IMG/VR virus record: IMGVR_UViG_3300036713_000599
Origin: a virus
Taxonomy: Duplodnaviria; Caudoviricetes
Strand: one strand, 5' to 3'
Length of the DNA: 64,000 bases
Under the pieces are notes generated by a model, which worked only from the letters and a program-made list of their open reading frames with translations, had not been told where the DNA came from and did no database searches. The translations under genes and the position numbers were made by a program. This document shows, piece by piece, positions 48,306-57,615 of this stretch (position 1 is the stretch's first letter; each line of letters starts with the position of its first letter).

Positions 48306-48775
48306 ACGCGCGCTAATAGGCTCTTAGTTAGCCGCAGTAGAGATAGCCCAGCCAGTTCAGGGTCGTCGACGCCTATGGACTCACTTACTACTTTTGTCCA
48401 CTCCGGCCGCCCTTTCAGATCGTACGGAACCCAGCCCATATTGAGGATCACTTTCCCATTCTTCAGCCCAATTCGTAGTGAGATTCCATCTACAGGGTGA
48501 CGGGTGGAGAAGAAGTAGTACACGTCGGTACCTCGCTGGCTGACGTTCAGGTAGTACTTGTCCATGAATTTTTGCCGTAGGAGTTTGAGCAGACGAGGCA
48601 TCAGTATGTTCACAGACTCCTTAGCCAACTGGATAGCTTCTTGGTCCTCTTTCGATGCAACAGCAATGGAGGAACCAAGCTTCGCGAACACCCACTCTGG
48701 AATAGGCGGGTTCCAGCCTTCCATCGACGTTTGAATGGCCCAGCGAGCTACGACTCTACGAATTATACGTTCCAT
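48302..48775 (-). CDS. Hypothetical protein with N-terminal RRVVARW motif
   Basis: Lone minus-strand gene with GGAG RBS and TCTATTGAT upstream. Confidence 0.6.
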   Translation of the reverse strand: MERIIRRVVARWAIQTSMEGWNPPIPEWVFAKLGSSIAVASKEDQEAIQLAKESVNILMPRLLKLLRQKFMDKYYLNVSQRGTDVYYFFSTRHPVDGISLRIGLKNGKVILNMGWVPYDLKGRPEWTKVVSESIGVDDPELAGLSLLRLTKSLLARV

Positions 48776-48807
48776 ATCTCTCCGAAGCCATCAATAGATC
48801 TCAAATC

Positions 48808-48817
48808 GGTGTAACTT
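48808..48817 (+). promoter_or_regulatory. GGTG-TANNNT motif 6 nt before GTG 48824
   Basis: ggtgTAACTT-aaccag-GTG. Confidence 0.5.
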
Positions 48818-48823
48818 AACCAG

Positions 48824-49222
48824 GTGAAACGAGTCAAACAGACGAAGTTTGGGTCGCCTGACGGCAATTGCTTTGAGGCATGCTTGGCGGCCATCCTTGA
48901 AATCCAATTAGACACGATCCCACACTTTCGAGAAGACGACTGGTTTCAGCAGATTAATCGATGGCTCAAATGGCACCATGGAATGCAAATGCTCATGATC
49001 GAGCAGGACCTGACCGACATACTGTCGCCTGTCACCTATTCCATAGCGTCAGGGCCAGGCCCTCGTGGATTGCTGCATAGCGTAGTTTACCGTGGAACTG
49101 AACTTGCCCACGATCCCCATCCTGATAACAAAGGCCTTCAATCAGTGGACTTTTGGATCATTTTCGTTGCCCTAAATCCCTCGAAGATGCCTCGACGTAA
49201 GCCGCGCCGGTGTAGGAGTTAA
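48824..49222 (+). CDS. Papain-fold (C39-like) peptidase candidate
   Basis: GNCFEACLAAIL...IPHF...HSVVY.G...HDPHP gives a plausible Cys-His-Asp set. Confidence 0.55.
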   Translation: MKRVKQTKFGSPDGNCFEACLAAILEIQLDTIPHFREDDWFQQINRWLKWHHGMQMLMIEQDLTDILSPVTYSIASGPGPRGLLHSVVYRGTELAHDPHPDNKGLQSVDFWIIFVALNPSKMPRRKPRRCRS

Positions 49223-49224
49223 CC

Positions 49225-50487
49225 ATGCCGACCAAACGACGGTGCAGCTTTTGCAGAAAAGCCGAAAATGAAGTCAAGTCTCTCGTAGGTGTCGACACCA
49301 AGGGCCCGTTCATTTGCAACAAATGCAGTACTTCGGTGAACGAGGCGCTGAACCAAGACACGAAGGAGCGTATCCACGAGAACGCCGAGAAGCCTCTTCT
49401 GCCCCCGAAGGCCATCAAGGCCCACCTGGACGAACACGTTATCGGGCAAGAAAAGCTTAAGCGAGACCTCGCGGTAGGCGTTTACCGCCACTACCTGCGA
49501 CGGGAGTACACTCGACAGGGTAGAGCTGACGATGTCCGGATCGACAAAAGCAACATGCTCATTTTAGGGCCGTCCGGCAGTGGCAAGACTGAATGTGTCC
49601 GAGCCTTCACTGACCTGCTTGGAGTCCCGATGCACGTTGCGGATGCAAATAAGCTCACTCAGACGGGCTATGTCGGCGACGACGTGGAATCCATCCTCCA
49701 AGGACTATTAGCCGCGGCCGGAGGTGATCTCGAAAAAGCCCAATGGGGTGTATGCGTCATTGACGAAATCGATAAAATTGCCAGCAAATCCGGAAGGGGA
49801 GCTACGGGCTTTCGCGACGTCACCGGTGAGGGTGTTCAACAAGCGTTGCTCAAATTAACCGAAGGTTGCAAGATCAACCTACCCCTTGGGACCTCTCGTA
49901 TGATCTCCCTTGATCAGCCGACCACAATGTTCGACACAACGAACGTTTTATTCATATGTCTTGGCTCCTTTGAGGGTGGTCTAGGTGAAATCGTCCAACG
50001 TCGGGTGAACAAGGGCAATAGACTAGGTTTTGGTGCGTCCCAGTCGAAGAGGGAGCTTACAAAAAAGGACATATACGAATTAGCTGAAGAAGACGATATT
50101 CTTGAGTTCGGCATCATCCCTGAACTGAAAGGTCGTCTACCTATCATGACCACGACCCTTCCTCTCACGGAGGAACAGCTTGTCCGTATCCTGACAGAAC
50201 CAAAGCACGCCCTCATCAAGCAATTGGTCACTCTATTTTCTCTGGACAGCATCCAGCTCATATTCGAGGACGCCGCACTTCGGGCCATTGCCCGTAAGGT
50301 GCGGAGTAAGCCCACTGGAGCCAGGGCTTTGAGAAGTGTGGTAGAAGATATCACTATTCCCCTCACATATGAATACTCGGGCAGAGATTCTGATGTCGAG
50401 ATCATAACCGTAACAGAGGCTGTGGTCACAGAAGGCCGCCCCCCGATTATCAGACCTAGATCCAGCAGAGTCGTTAAGCAAGGCTGA
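49225..50487 (+). CDS. clpX: ClpX AAA+ unfoldase
   Basis: CSFC...ICNKC Zn domain, VIGQE, KSNMLILGPSGSGKT, GYVG, DEIDKI, GEGVQQALLK, LGF loop, PELKGRLP, TGARALR. Confidence 0.93.
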   Translation: MPTKRRCSFCRKAENEVKSLVGVDTKGPFICNKCSTSVNEALNQDTKERIHENAEKPLLPPKAIKAHLDEHVIGQEKLKRDLAVGVYRHYLRREYTRQGRADDVRIDKSNMLILGPSGSGKTECVRAFTDLLGVPMHVADANKLTQTGYVGDDVESILQGLLAAAGGDLEKAQWGVCVIDEIDKIASKSGRGATGFRDVTGEGVQQALLKLTEGCKINLPLGTSRMISLDQPTTMFDTTNVLFICLGSFEGGLGEIVQRRVNKGNRLGFGASQSKRELTKKDIYELAEEDDILEFGIIPELKGRLPIMTTTLPLTEEQLVRILTEPKHALIKQLVTLFSLDSIQLIFEDAALRAIARKVRSKPTGARALRSVVEDITIPLTYEYSGRDSDVEIITVTEAVVTEGRPPIIRPRSSRVVKQG

Positions 50488-50506
50488 GGAAGTCTGATAC
50501 CAGAGT

Positions 50507-50527
50507 CGCCCTCCTTCGGTGTAAGGT
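50507..50527 (+). promoter_or_regulatory. CGCCCTCCTTCGGTG-TAAGGT motif 6 nt before ATG 50534
   Basis: 16/17 identical to 41037..41053 and to the minus strand of 61036..61052. Confidence 0.55.
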
Positions 50528-50533
50528 CGACCT

Positions 50534-51355
50534 ATGAGTCGAATTCGCAGTGGAAGATCTGAAGGGCTACCTTACTCTCTCTCCAGGTGGACTGATTTAC
50601 CCGCATCCAAGTGGCGTTGGTTTCAGGCTCAGCTACGTCAGGGGTGGATGGTTGCTTTCGATCCTCGTACCGCGGTTCCCAGCAAGTGGTCACTTGCTCC
50701 AGAAGACGTCCTCGGCCTTGTTTTTTGGACCCGTAAACCCACAACCCTGATCAAAAACTCTGGATCGCTCAAACCTTTTCCCTTAGTCATTCACATGACT
50801 ATCACTGGCTGGGAAGAGGTTGAGATTGGTGCTCCCGATATGCACCGGAGCCTAGATCTTATGGCAAAGGCTGTGGATGTGTTCGGAGCCGAAAATGTCA
50901 CGTGGAGGTTCAGTCCTATTCCGGCAGTCGAAGACATGGTCGAGAGGTTCGATAGGATTGCTCGTTCGGTCGAATCTTTGGGGATTAGGAGCGTCTATGT
51001 AGCTTTCCTCCAGAACAATGACCTGATACCGGAACAAAGGTCACTGGTAACCCGCCAGGAGCTTCTACTTCAAATGTCAAGACAAGCTAAGGGGATGCAA
51101 GTACTTGTATGTAATGAAGATCGCGTGTTAGACGACCTTGCCTGTCCCGACAATTTAGGGTACGGTGTCTGTGAGGATGGCCGTAGGTTCAAAAGGCAAG
51201 GTATGTCGCATGAGGCGTGCGGTTGCGCTCATTCGGTAGACCCGTTCACCATAACCGAAGCTTGTTCGATTGGTTGCCAATACTGTTACGCAGCAGACAA
51301 GTCATTGGCCGCAACCAAGAAAAATACGACCAAGGGACTGTGGATACTTCCATGA
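50534..51355 (+). CDS. DUF1848-family (radical-SAM-related) protein
   Basis: SLSRWTDLPA, VFWTRKP, WRFSPI, CGC...D......C..GCQYCYA. Confidence 0.75.
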   Translation: MSRIRSGRSEGLPYSLSRWTDLPASKWRWFQAQLRQGWMVAFDPRTAVPSKWSLAPEDVLGLVFWTRKPTTLIKNSGSLKPFPLVIHMTITGWEEVEIGAPDMHRSLDLMAKAVDVFGAENVTWRFSPIPAVEDMVERFDRIARSVESLGIRSVYVAFLQNNDLIPEQRSLVTRQELLLQMSRQAKGMQVLVCNEDRVLDDLACPDNLGYGVCEDGRRFKRQGMSHEACGCAHSVDPFTITEACSIGCQYCYAADKSLAATKKNTTKGLWILP

Positions 51356-51594
51356 ATAATGTACTGGCAATGCTTGAGAACATAGAGGATTCAGAGGACT
51401 TTACCGAACAGGAGGCCGAGGAAGCCGTCCTAACCACTAGCTCCAATGATTTCGTCCAGAAGGTTGTGCGCTATGTACGGGCGGGTAATGTCGTGAGGGG
51501 ATACGAGGTTCGTCGCTTCGTGAATCATCTTTACGTCCGTGTTAGTTTAACGGAAACAAAGTTGGTATTCAGAACCGATTGGATAGGGTCATGA
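51352..51594 (+). CDS. Hypothetical protein
   Basis: ATGA-coupled to the DUF1848 gene. Confidence 0.5.
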   Translation: MNNVLAMLENIEDSEDFTEQEAEEAVLTTSSNDFVQKVVRYVRAGNVVRGYEVRRFVNHLYVRVSLTETKLVFRTDWIGS

Positions 51595-51944
51595 CGACTT
51601 GCGACAACGAAGAAACTGCGGAAGAAACTCGGACCACGTATTGCGACCGGAATCGAGTTGACAACGTGTGGGTTGAGGGTGCTGATGAGAACGGGGACGG
51701 TGGGATATGCCTCCTCGACACGTTGACGGAGGATCAAGTGGTCTACTCGGTCCAACGTAGTGAGAGGGCACGTGTGGACTTATGTAAGGTCACTAGCGAC
51801 CCCGGCCTACTGAACATCGCGGCCAAGACTCCTAGGCTCCCGACCGGGCAAAAGGGAGATAAACTCCAAACTGAGATTAACCGTAACGCGGACAGCATTC
51901 CGTACTACTCTCAATTTAAAGGCAAACCACCGTGGAGCGGATGA
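51591..51944 (+). CDS. Hypothetical protein
   Basis: ATGA-coupled. Confidence 0.5.
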   Translation: MTTCDNEETAEETRTTYCDRNRVDNVWVEGADENGDGGICLLDTLTEDQVVYSVQRSERARVDLCKVTSDPGLLNIAAKTPRLPTGQKGDKLQTEINRNADSIPYYSQFKGKPPWSG

Positions 51945-52285
51945 ATCGTCACACACGAAGGGCTTTGAAGAAGAAGCAAAAAAAGAGCGGACTAACCAAG
52001 CTCACTGACGCTGATCAGAAGCTAAGTGCGGCCCTTCAGGCATTGCAACAAATCCAAGGCCTGGAAGGGGTGGCCAAGACACTGGAAGCCATCCAAGAGG
52101 ACCTTCAAGGAGCGCATGCGTTGATGACGGCTCTTGTGTGCGACATGGAGGGGCTCAACTCAGAAATGGCGGAGCTTCGCTTGAGACAGCAACAACAATA
52201 TGACCACCTCCATCGCTTGCTTCTACAGGTTATGCCAGGTGCTGAAATGTTAACTGAGTCGAGTAAGGGCAATGGAGGGACCTAA
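51941..52285 (+). CDS. Coiled-coil protein with basic N-terminus
   Basis: RRALKKKQKK followed by heptad-rich helices; ATGA-coupled. Confidence 0.55.
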   Translation: MNRHTRRALKKKQKKSGLTKLTDADQKLSAALQALQQIQGLEGVAKTLEAIQEDLQGAHALMTALVCDMEGLNSEMAELRLRQQQQYDHLHRLLLQVMPGAEMLTESSKGNGGT

Positions 52286-52838
52286 GTATGACAAGGACAA
52301 GGTTGGCGGTACAGAAGCAAACCGCCAAGGGGCGAACAGCGAAGACTCCAGTGGATTGGCACAAATTAGCCGAAAAAGTGTTGGCTCGGGCCAAGAATCG
52401 AGGAGATGTGAAGCTCGTCCGAGCAGTCGAAGCAGCGATCAAGAGCAACCAGGTGGCACGATACCTCAAGAAGCGGAGCATCGTATCCGAAGTCGATCTG
52501 GACCGAGAGTTACCACCCTAGAAGACATCGACGACTTGGACACACAATTGACCCAAGCCTTTCGTGTTTCCGACCCTGCTAAAATTTGGACCTTGGTACG
52601 AGACTTGCTGAAATTGACACGGTCCTTGGTTCAGGAGGCAGCCGAGACCAGATTCCAGGTAAATTTTGGTTCCGAAAGGTGTGGTTCCTGCGATGGGTTA
52701 AAGGCCGGTCCTGGTGTGGTTGCTACCTGTTTTCAGCTACGAAAGTGTTTCTACCGCAATATAAGGTCGGATGACACCTCGAAGAAACAGAAGGCTGTCC
52801 TTGATTCTTTCCGAACTATATCAAAGGGGCGATCGTAG
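52272..52838 (+). CDS. Hypothetical protein with C-terminal Cys cluster; true start uncertain
   Basis: The part after ~52520 looks protein-like (CGSC...C...C). The N-terminal part overlaps 52288..52521. Confidence 0.4.
   Translation: MEGPKYDKDKVGGTEANRQGANSEDSSGLAQISRKSVGSGQESRRCEARPSSRSSDQEQPGGTIPQEAEHRIRSRSGPRVTTLEDIDDLDTQLTQAFRVSDPAKIWTLVRDLLKLTRSLVQEAAETRFQVNFGSERCGSCDGLKAGPGVVATCFQLRKCFYRNIRSDDTSKKQKAVLDSFRTISKGRS
52288..52521 (+). CDS. Small basic helical protein
   Basis: GGAGG RBS upstream; overlaps an alternative frame (52272..52838). Confidence 0.45.
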   Translation: MTRTRLAVQKQTAKGRTAKTPVDWHKLAEKVLARAKNRGDVKLVRAVEAAIKSNQVARYLKKRSIVSEVDLDRELPP

Positions 52839-52917
52839 TAGAGGCATATATTAGTACTTGCACGGAAACCTAGAAGAGCTACTCTGTAAACCTACCCAGC
52901 ATACATGGAGATGAAAA

Positions 52918-53979
52918 ATGACTGAAACACTATCATTCCAAGAAGCACTGGAAAAGCGCGACTCTCTGAAGGAAGAAGCCGAAGAGGCCCGTAAATTGGC
53001 CGATCGCATCCTAAAGGACGCGATCGAGAAGGAAGCAGCGGTTGCCGCCATTGAAGAAGCACTGAGAGAAATCAGGGTCAGTATTTCTCTTCCGACAAGG
53101 GCAGGAAAGGCTGAAGAAAAGGCTGAAGAAAAGGCCGAAGAGAAAGCCGAAGAGAAAGCCGAAGAGAAAGCCGAAGAGAAAGCCGAAGAGAAAGCCGAGG
53201 CTAGCGACAAATCGGAAGTTCTGGAAGAAAAAGCAGCTCCGAAGGCTAAACCGTCAAGGAAGGGGGGCAAAAAGACCTTCGTGCAGAAGATTGCCCAGGT
53301 GATGGGCCAAGATTCCCTCAGAGCCGTTGAGGTCGCAGAACGGATCGAAGCTGCAGGGTTTACTCCAAATAGCAAGAATGTGGCGAGATATGTTGGAATG
53401 GTGCTTTGGCAAAATGAAGGAACTGTGTTTCAACGTGTAGCCACAGGGTTGTACCGTGTGGTCCAAGACGGGCCAAAGGGGACCGAGCCCTCGAAGACCA
53501 AGAAGACTGAGGCTGCTCCAAAAAGTCCCGCTACGGAAAGTCCTGCTACGGAGAGGGTTGTCAACGATAAGGGTCGTGTAGAAACGGCCAGTGAGAAAAG
53601 ACCACCTCTTCGTATCGCGCTGATCAAGGTGATGGGCAGGGGGACTTACACAGCAGAAGAAGCCCTTAGTCTCCTGGATGAGAGGAAATGGGCCCCGTGC
53701 GGGTCTGACCCTCGCAAATACGTTTCAAGCGTACTGTCCTCCTCACCTTCTGCTTTCGAGAGGGCGCCAGGTCGCGGCCAATACAGAGTAGTGAAAAGTG
53801 TCCTGGAGTCGTCTGGCGTGGAAGAAGCCACGGAAGAAACTGTGAAAGAGAACGAGGCGGAGCCTGACCCCGGTACCAACGAGAAGATTGAAGACATCTG
53901 GGGACTCTCTCCTGAGAACCGAGACTTGGATCCTGATGTGAAAAGTAATCCTTTCGTTGAAGACACTGCCGGCGCGTAG
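52918..53979 (+). CDS. Coiled coil + EEKA repeat + two winged-helix (HARE-HTH-like) domains
   Basis: Two units of I..VM......E....(I/L)..........YV..(V)L.....FER...G.YRV; acidic tail. Confidence 0.6.
   Translation: MTETLSFQEALEKRDSLKEEAEEARKLADRILKDAIEKEAAVAAIEEALREIRVSISLPTRAGKAEEKAEEKAEEKAEEKAEEKAEEKAEEKAEASDKSEVLEEKAAPKAKPSRKGGKKTFVQKIAQVMGQDSLRAVEVAERIEAAGFTPNSKNVARYVGMVLWQNEGTVFQRVATGLYRVVQDGPKGTEPSKTKKTEAAPKSPATESPATERVVNDKGRVETASEKRPPLRIALIKVMGRGTYTAEEALSLLDERKWAPCGSDPRKYVSSVLSSSPSAFERAPGRGQYRVVKSVLESSGVEEATEETVKENEAEPDPGTNEKIEDIWGLSPENRDLDPDVKSNPFVEDTAGA
53113..53196 (+). repeat. 12-bp tandem repeat x7 (EEKA)
   Basis: gaagaaaaggct, gaagaaaaggcc, then gaagagaaagcc x5. Confidence 0.95.
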
Positions 53980-53981
53980 CT

Positions 53982-53991
53982 GGTGTATGCT
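53982..53991 (+). promoter_or_regulatory. GGTG-TANNNT motif 6 nt before ATG 53998
   Basis: ggtgTATGCT-ggtaat-ATG. Confidence 0.5.
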
Positions 53992-53997
53992 GGTAAT

Positions 53998-54501
53998 ATG
54001 AAGCTGGGTGATATTGTCCGAACACAAGATGAGTTGTGGAAAGTCACGCTCCACAGCTCTGAACATCGAACCTTCACTTTAGTGAACTGGTCAGGGACCA
54101 AGACGGAAGTCCCGGATACCCCGACCCCTGAGGTGCAGGTCGTACGCTCCCCCCAAGACTGGCCCTTCATAGCCCTTCCTATGCGACATGCAAAAGGCCG
54201 CATTCTGAGTATATCTCGAATGGGGAAGCAACTGACCCCTCTAAGAGATTGGGTGCCCAGTGGAATGCTCAGTTCCGGTGGCTCGGTCTTTTTCAGCCCT
54301 TCCTTGCGTCTTCGGATAGGAGAGACCCTAATCCTCCACCACAAACAAGGCACGAGTAAAGCAAACATCAAGCCCTCTTTCATGAGTGTCAAGAATAGGA
54401 TTCAGCTCGCGAATAAGCCTTTCAGACCACGCCGCCCGAAGACGACCTTCGATCGTCTTGTCGACAATAACTTTGACGACCTCTTTGATCTGGAGGACTA
54501 A
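53998..54501 (+). CDS. Hypothetical protein
   Basis: Start reassigned to ATG 53998. Confidence 0.55.
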   Translation: MKLGDIVRTQDELWKVTLHSSEHRTFTLVNWSGTKTEVPDTPTPEVQVVRSPQDWPFIALPMRHAKGRILSISRMGKQLTPLRDWVPSGMLSSGGSVFFSPSLRLRIGETLILHHKQGTSKANIKPSFMSVKNRIQLANKPFRPRRPKTTFDRLVDNNFDDLFDLED

Positions 54502-54503
54502 AC

Positions 54504-55082
54504 ATGGACGAAGTTCTGGCTCAGGCTGTCCGACAGCTCCGGGCCGCTAGGGCCAAGATCACAGTAGATTTCCGCCTCAAAGTTTTAAAAGAGGGCAGAG
54601 TCAGCTGTAGAAAAGGCTGTAGTAATTGTTGCCATTATCCGGTGTACGTCTCTCTGTTGGAAGGAATCCTCATTTACCAAGGGTTACACGATGATCGTCT
54701 CTGGACAAACAAGCTAAAGGCAAAGTTCCAAGAGGCCGCAAGAAATACCTGGGGACAGAGTATAGCTGTGTGGATGTTGAGCAACCGTCCTTGTCCTCTT
54801 CTTGGGGACGACGGGTTATGTCGTTCTTACGATAATCGGCCCGTTCATTGCAGGGTCACCTTTTCCAGAGGGAGTCCCCATGACTGCCACCCGCACCGCT
54901 TTCAGGCGAACACGCTTGTTCCCCGACCAGAGACATCAGAGGTCTCAGTCGTTGAAAGAAGACTCCTAAAGCAGCTCGGGGCGTCCAACGTTTTACTGCC
55001 GTTAGCCGCTGCCGTCCTTTTAGGAGAAAGGGTATCGGACGGAGTCCATGTGAAGGACTTAGTTCAGGAGTTGCCGTGGTAA
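54504..55082 (+). CDS. YkgJ-family Cys-cluster (putative Fe-S/Zn) protein
   Basis: CRKGCSNCC...CPLL....CRSY..RP..CR. Confidence 0.8.
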   Translation: MDEVLAQAVRQLRAARAKITVDFRLKVLKEGRVSCRKGCSNCCHYPVYVSLLEGILIYQGLHDDRLWTNKLKAKFQEAARNTWGQSIAVWMLSNRPCPLLGDDGLCRSYDNRPVHCRVTFSRGSPHDCHPHRFQANTLVPRPETSEVSVVERRLLKQLGASNVLLPLAAAVLLGERVSDGVHVKDLVQELPW

Positions 55083-55366
55083 TGTGCTGTGTGTGCCATC
55101 GGGATTTTGACATAAACACTGGCCGTGAGGTGATACTCACAGCGAAAGAGAAGCAGGTCATAGCGAGTCAAGGGCAGGAGCCACCTGAGAAGCTCTTGTA
55201 TTGTACTCCTTGCTGGAAGACTATCTCGGACCCTATTGCTGGGCCAGCCCTCTTTCGTGGGATTTTTGAGGGGGGACTCCGTAGACTCGGTGTACTTGAT
55301 GCTGAAGAGCGAGCTAACAAGTATCATGCATGGTTGTCCAAAAAGGCCAGCAAACCGAGGTCCTGA
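55076..55366 (+). CDS. Zinc-finger protein
   Basis: CCVC...YCTPC. Confidence 0.55.
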   Translation: MVMCCVCHRDFDINTGREVILTAKEKQVIASQGQEPPEKLLYCTPCWKTISDPIAGPALFRGIFEGGLRRLGVLDAEERANKYHAWLSKKASKPRS

Positions 55367-56061
55367 TGAAAAATGATGTTTTGGGAGCGGTCAAAGAACT
55401 TCTCAAGATCAAACGAGAGAGAGGCAAGGAGGGGGAAGAGGAATACATCCAAGCCGTCCAAGAGGTCGCCCAGCGGTTTATGGGGTCACCAGAAGGAGAA
55501 GCTGCCTTACGTACATTACTCCCAGACTTTGACTTCGATGCGATAAAGGGGAGTGGTAAAGCGGACACTCCGCCCATGCCTGAGTTCGGTCAGACTTCAC
55601 AAGAGCGTATAATGCTCCAAATGCTCGGCCAGCAGATACCCAACATGAAGACGCAAGCACAATTGACTGTCTTCATGGCGGCGTTTGATGCTCTCCGCCT
55701 CACTCTTAATGGATACTTCGGGAACAGCTTTGTTGCGGCTGAGCAGGCTCGTATCGCCCTCGATCAGGCTCTAGATATGAGCAAACAAACAACAGGCATC
55801 ACTTCAAAAATCCGGGAGGTTGAGAACAAGAGCGACACAGCGAAGAACTTCGAGGTAGAGACTCTGCCGCCCAGTAACGTCCATGAGTACGACAACGTCA
55901 AGGCTCTCATGGCAGGGCTAGGAGCGATCTCTAGTCTCAACGATCTCAACAAGTGGTATGCACAGAATCGCTCTGCCTTAGACAAAATCGTCGATTCAAA
56001 ACTCCGTGACCAAGTGTTTGACGCAGTGCGGACAAAAAAACAACAGTTGGAGGTAAGCTAG
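55366..56061 (+). CDS. Hypothetical helical protein
   Basis: TGATG-coupled. Confidence 0.55.
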   Translation: MKNDVLGAVKELLKIKRERGKEGEEEYIQAVQEVAQRFMGSPEGEAALRTLLPDFDFDAIKGSGKADTPPMPEFGQTSQERIMLQMLGQQIPNMKTQAQLTVFMAAFDALRLTLNGYFGNSFVAAEQARIALDQALDMSKQTTGITSKIREVENKSDTAKNFEVETLPPSNVHEYDNVKALMAGLGAISSLNDLNKWYAQNRSALDKIVDSKLRDQVFDAVRTKKQQLEVS

Positions 56062-57065
56062 TGGCACTCTCTCTGAGTAACATCAAAAATCTCAAACACA
56101 TCGTGACCCACGCCTATTGTCCTGACGGTACTGCCAGCGCCTTGCTGCTCAAACAATGCCTGCCTTGGGCAGACGTGACTTTCGTACAATACAATACAGA
56201 GGAACATAAGACCCTTCCCGTGCGAGAGGGGACCATCTTTGCAGACTTTTCACCACATGATGATCAAGTCGAAGACTTCGTGAGAGTTGGTGCAGTCGTA
56301 CTTGACCACCACATAACGAAAAAAGAAGTGGTCGAGAAATTTGGTAAAAATGGAGTCTTTGGTGACGAAAAAACAGAACCTGGAATAAGTGGAGCTTCCC
56401 TCGTCTTCCGTGAGGTATACAAACCGTTGATGGAGAGCCACAGAGTTAGCTCACAAGATATACGCAAAGTCCAAGATTTCGCTTATCTTGTTGGCATCAG
56501 GGACACATGGCAAAACAAACATAAAAGGTGGAACGAAGCCTGTGCTGTATCAGAAGCACTGAACTTCTGGCCCTGGAACACCTACAAGTCCCTCAAGGAC
56601 TTAGAGAGCAAGTTGGAAATTGGTCCAATTCTATTGGAACGCAAGCTCAATGCTGCCAAAAAGGCGGGAGACGACGCTTGGAGATTCACTACTTCAAGGA
56701 AGACGAAGGTCGCAGTCATTGAGGGCGTCAGAATGTCCAGTGACACGGCTGAATACCTGGATGACGAAGTTGACCTCGTCATAGGATTCAACGTACGCGC
56801 AATAGACGGCAAATCGACCCTGATTTTTTCAAATCGTAGCCATACCTTCTTCGACTGTGCAGCTTTTGCCACCAAACATGGTGGCGGTGGTCATACACGT
56901 GCTGCCGGGTTTGCTTGGCAGCTCGGCCCCAACGATCCTCAGCCCCACACACTAATTCGAAGAATCGTCGAACATTACGAACTCACCGGCGAAAGATACA
57001 ACAGTAAGGTCCCGCTATGGGACCGGCTCCGCTACCTCAAGTGGCTTCACCTTCAGAGTACCTAA
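56061..57065 (+). CDS. DHH/DHHA1 phosphoesterase
   Basis: TH..CPDG, ADF, LDHH, GGGGH..AAGF. Confidence 0.88.
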   Translation: MALSLSNIKNLKHIVTHAYCPDGTASALLLKQCLPWADVTFVQYNTEEHKTLPVREGTIFADFSPHDDQVEDFVRVGAVVLDHHITKKEVVEKFGKNGVFGDEKTEPGISGASLVFREVYKPLMESHRVSSQDIRKVQDFAYLVGIRDTWQNKHKRWNEACAVSEALNFWPWNTYKSLKDLESKLEIGPILLERKLNAAKKAGDDAWRFTTSRKTKVAVIEGVRMSSDTAEYLDDEVDLVIGFNVRAIDGKSTLIFSNRSHTFFDCAAFATKHGGGGHTRAAGFAWQLGPNDPQPHTLIRRIVEHYELTGERYNSKVPLWDRLRYLKWLHLQST

Positions 57066-57615
57066 GAGACCTCGTTTCCCATAAGACGTCTAGACTAGAC
57101 ATCTCCGCTCGAATGAACTGGAGTGTCACTTTAGCTCGCTCAATCCCGTTCTGAATAAGAGTCTCCCGTACATCCAGTCCTGGTTGGCCCACAGAAGCAA
57201 CTGAGACTCGACTGTAGGCATCATTGGGTAAGTAGTACCAGGCGAGCTGCCGGGCCGTTCTAGGCCCCTTTCTGAGCCCGTATCGGTCAACTACGTACTG
57301 TTTAAATTCCTCAGGTATCTTTATCCAGTCGTCCGACAAGAGAACAGGTACAGCTTCCCCTCCTACAGTGTAGTAGGGAGCGGGTTCAGGTAATCTGCCT
57401 GCAGAAAAATTACGTCGCCTTCGCCCGACCTGGAGGGCCATCCACCGAATGGTGGAAAGCAGGTACTCCCATTCAGATCCGCCTTCCAATTCACTCTCGA
57501 AGCCGATCTGACAGCGACGCGTAAGTAGACAGACAAGGTTATCGTCGGAGGAGTCAGTGAAGTCGGACCAGGGACGAAAGGCTTCGTCCAAGAAGGTCTC
57601 CATCTTGGACTTCAT
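57037..57615 (-). CDS. Protein with sigma-70 region-4-like HTH
   Basis: EEFKQYVVDRYGLRKGPRTARQLA resembles v..RyGL..g...T..eia. Start reassigned to ATG 57615 (GAGG RBS). Confidence 0.4.
   Translation of the reverse strand: MKSKMETFLDEAFRPWSDFTDSSDDNLVCLLTRRCQIGFESELEGGSEWEYLLSTIRWMALQVGRRRRNFSAGRLPEPAPYYTVGGEAVPVLLSDDWIKIPEEFKQYVVDRYGLRKGPRTARQLAWYYLPNDAYSRVSVASVGQPGLDVRETLIQNGIERAKVTLQFIRAEMSSLDVLWETRSLRYSEGEAT

Noticed and set aside
53113-53196. CRISPR-like repeat array
   Set aside because: Contiguous 12-bp coding repeat with no spacers; no cas genes.
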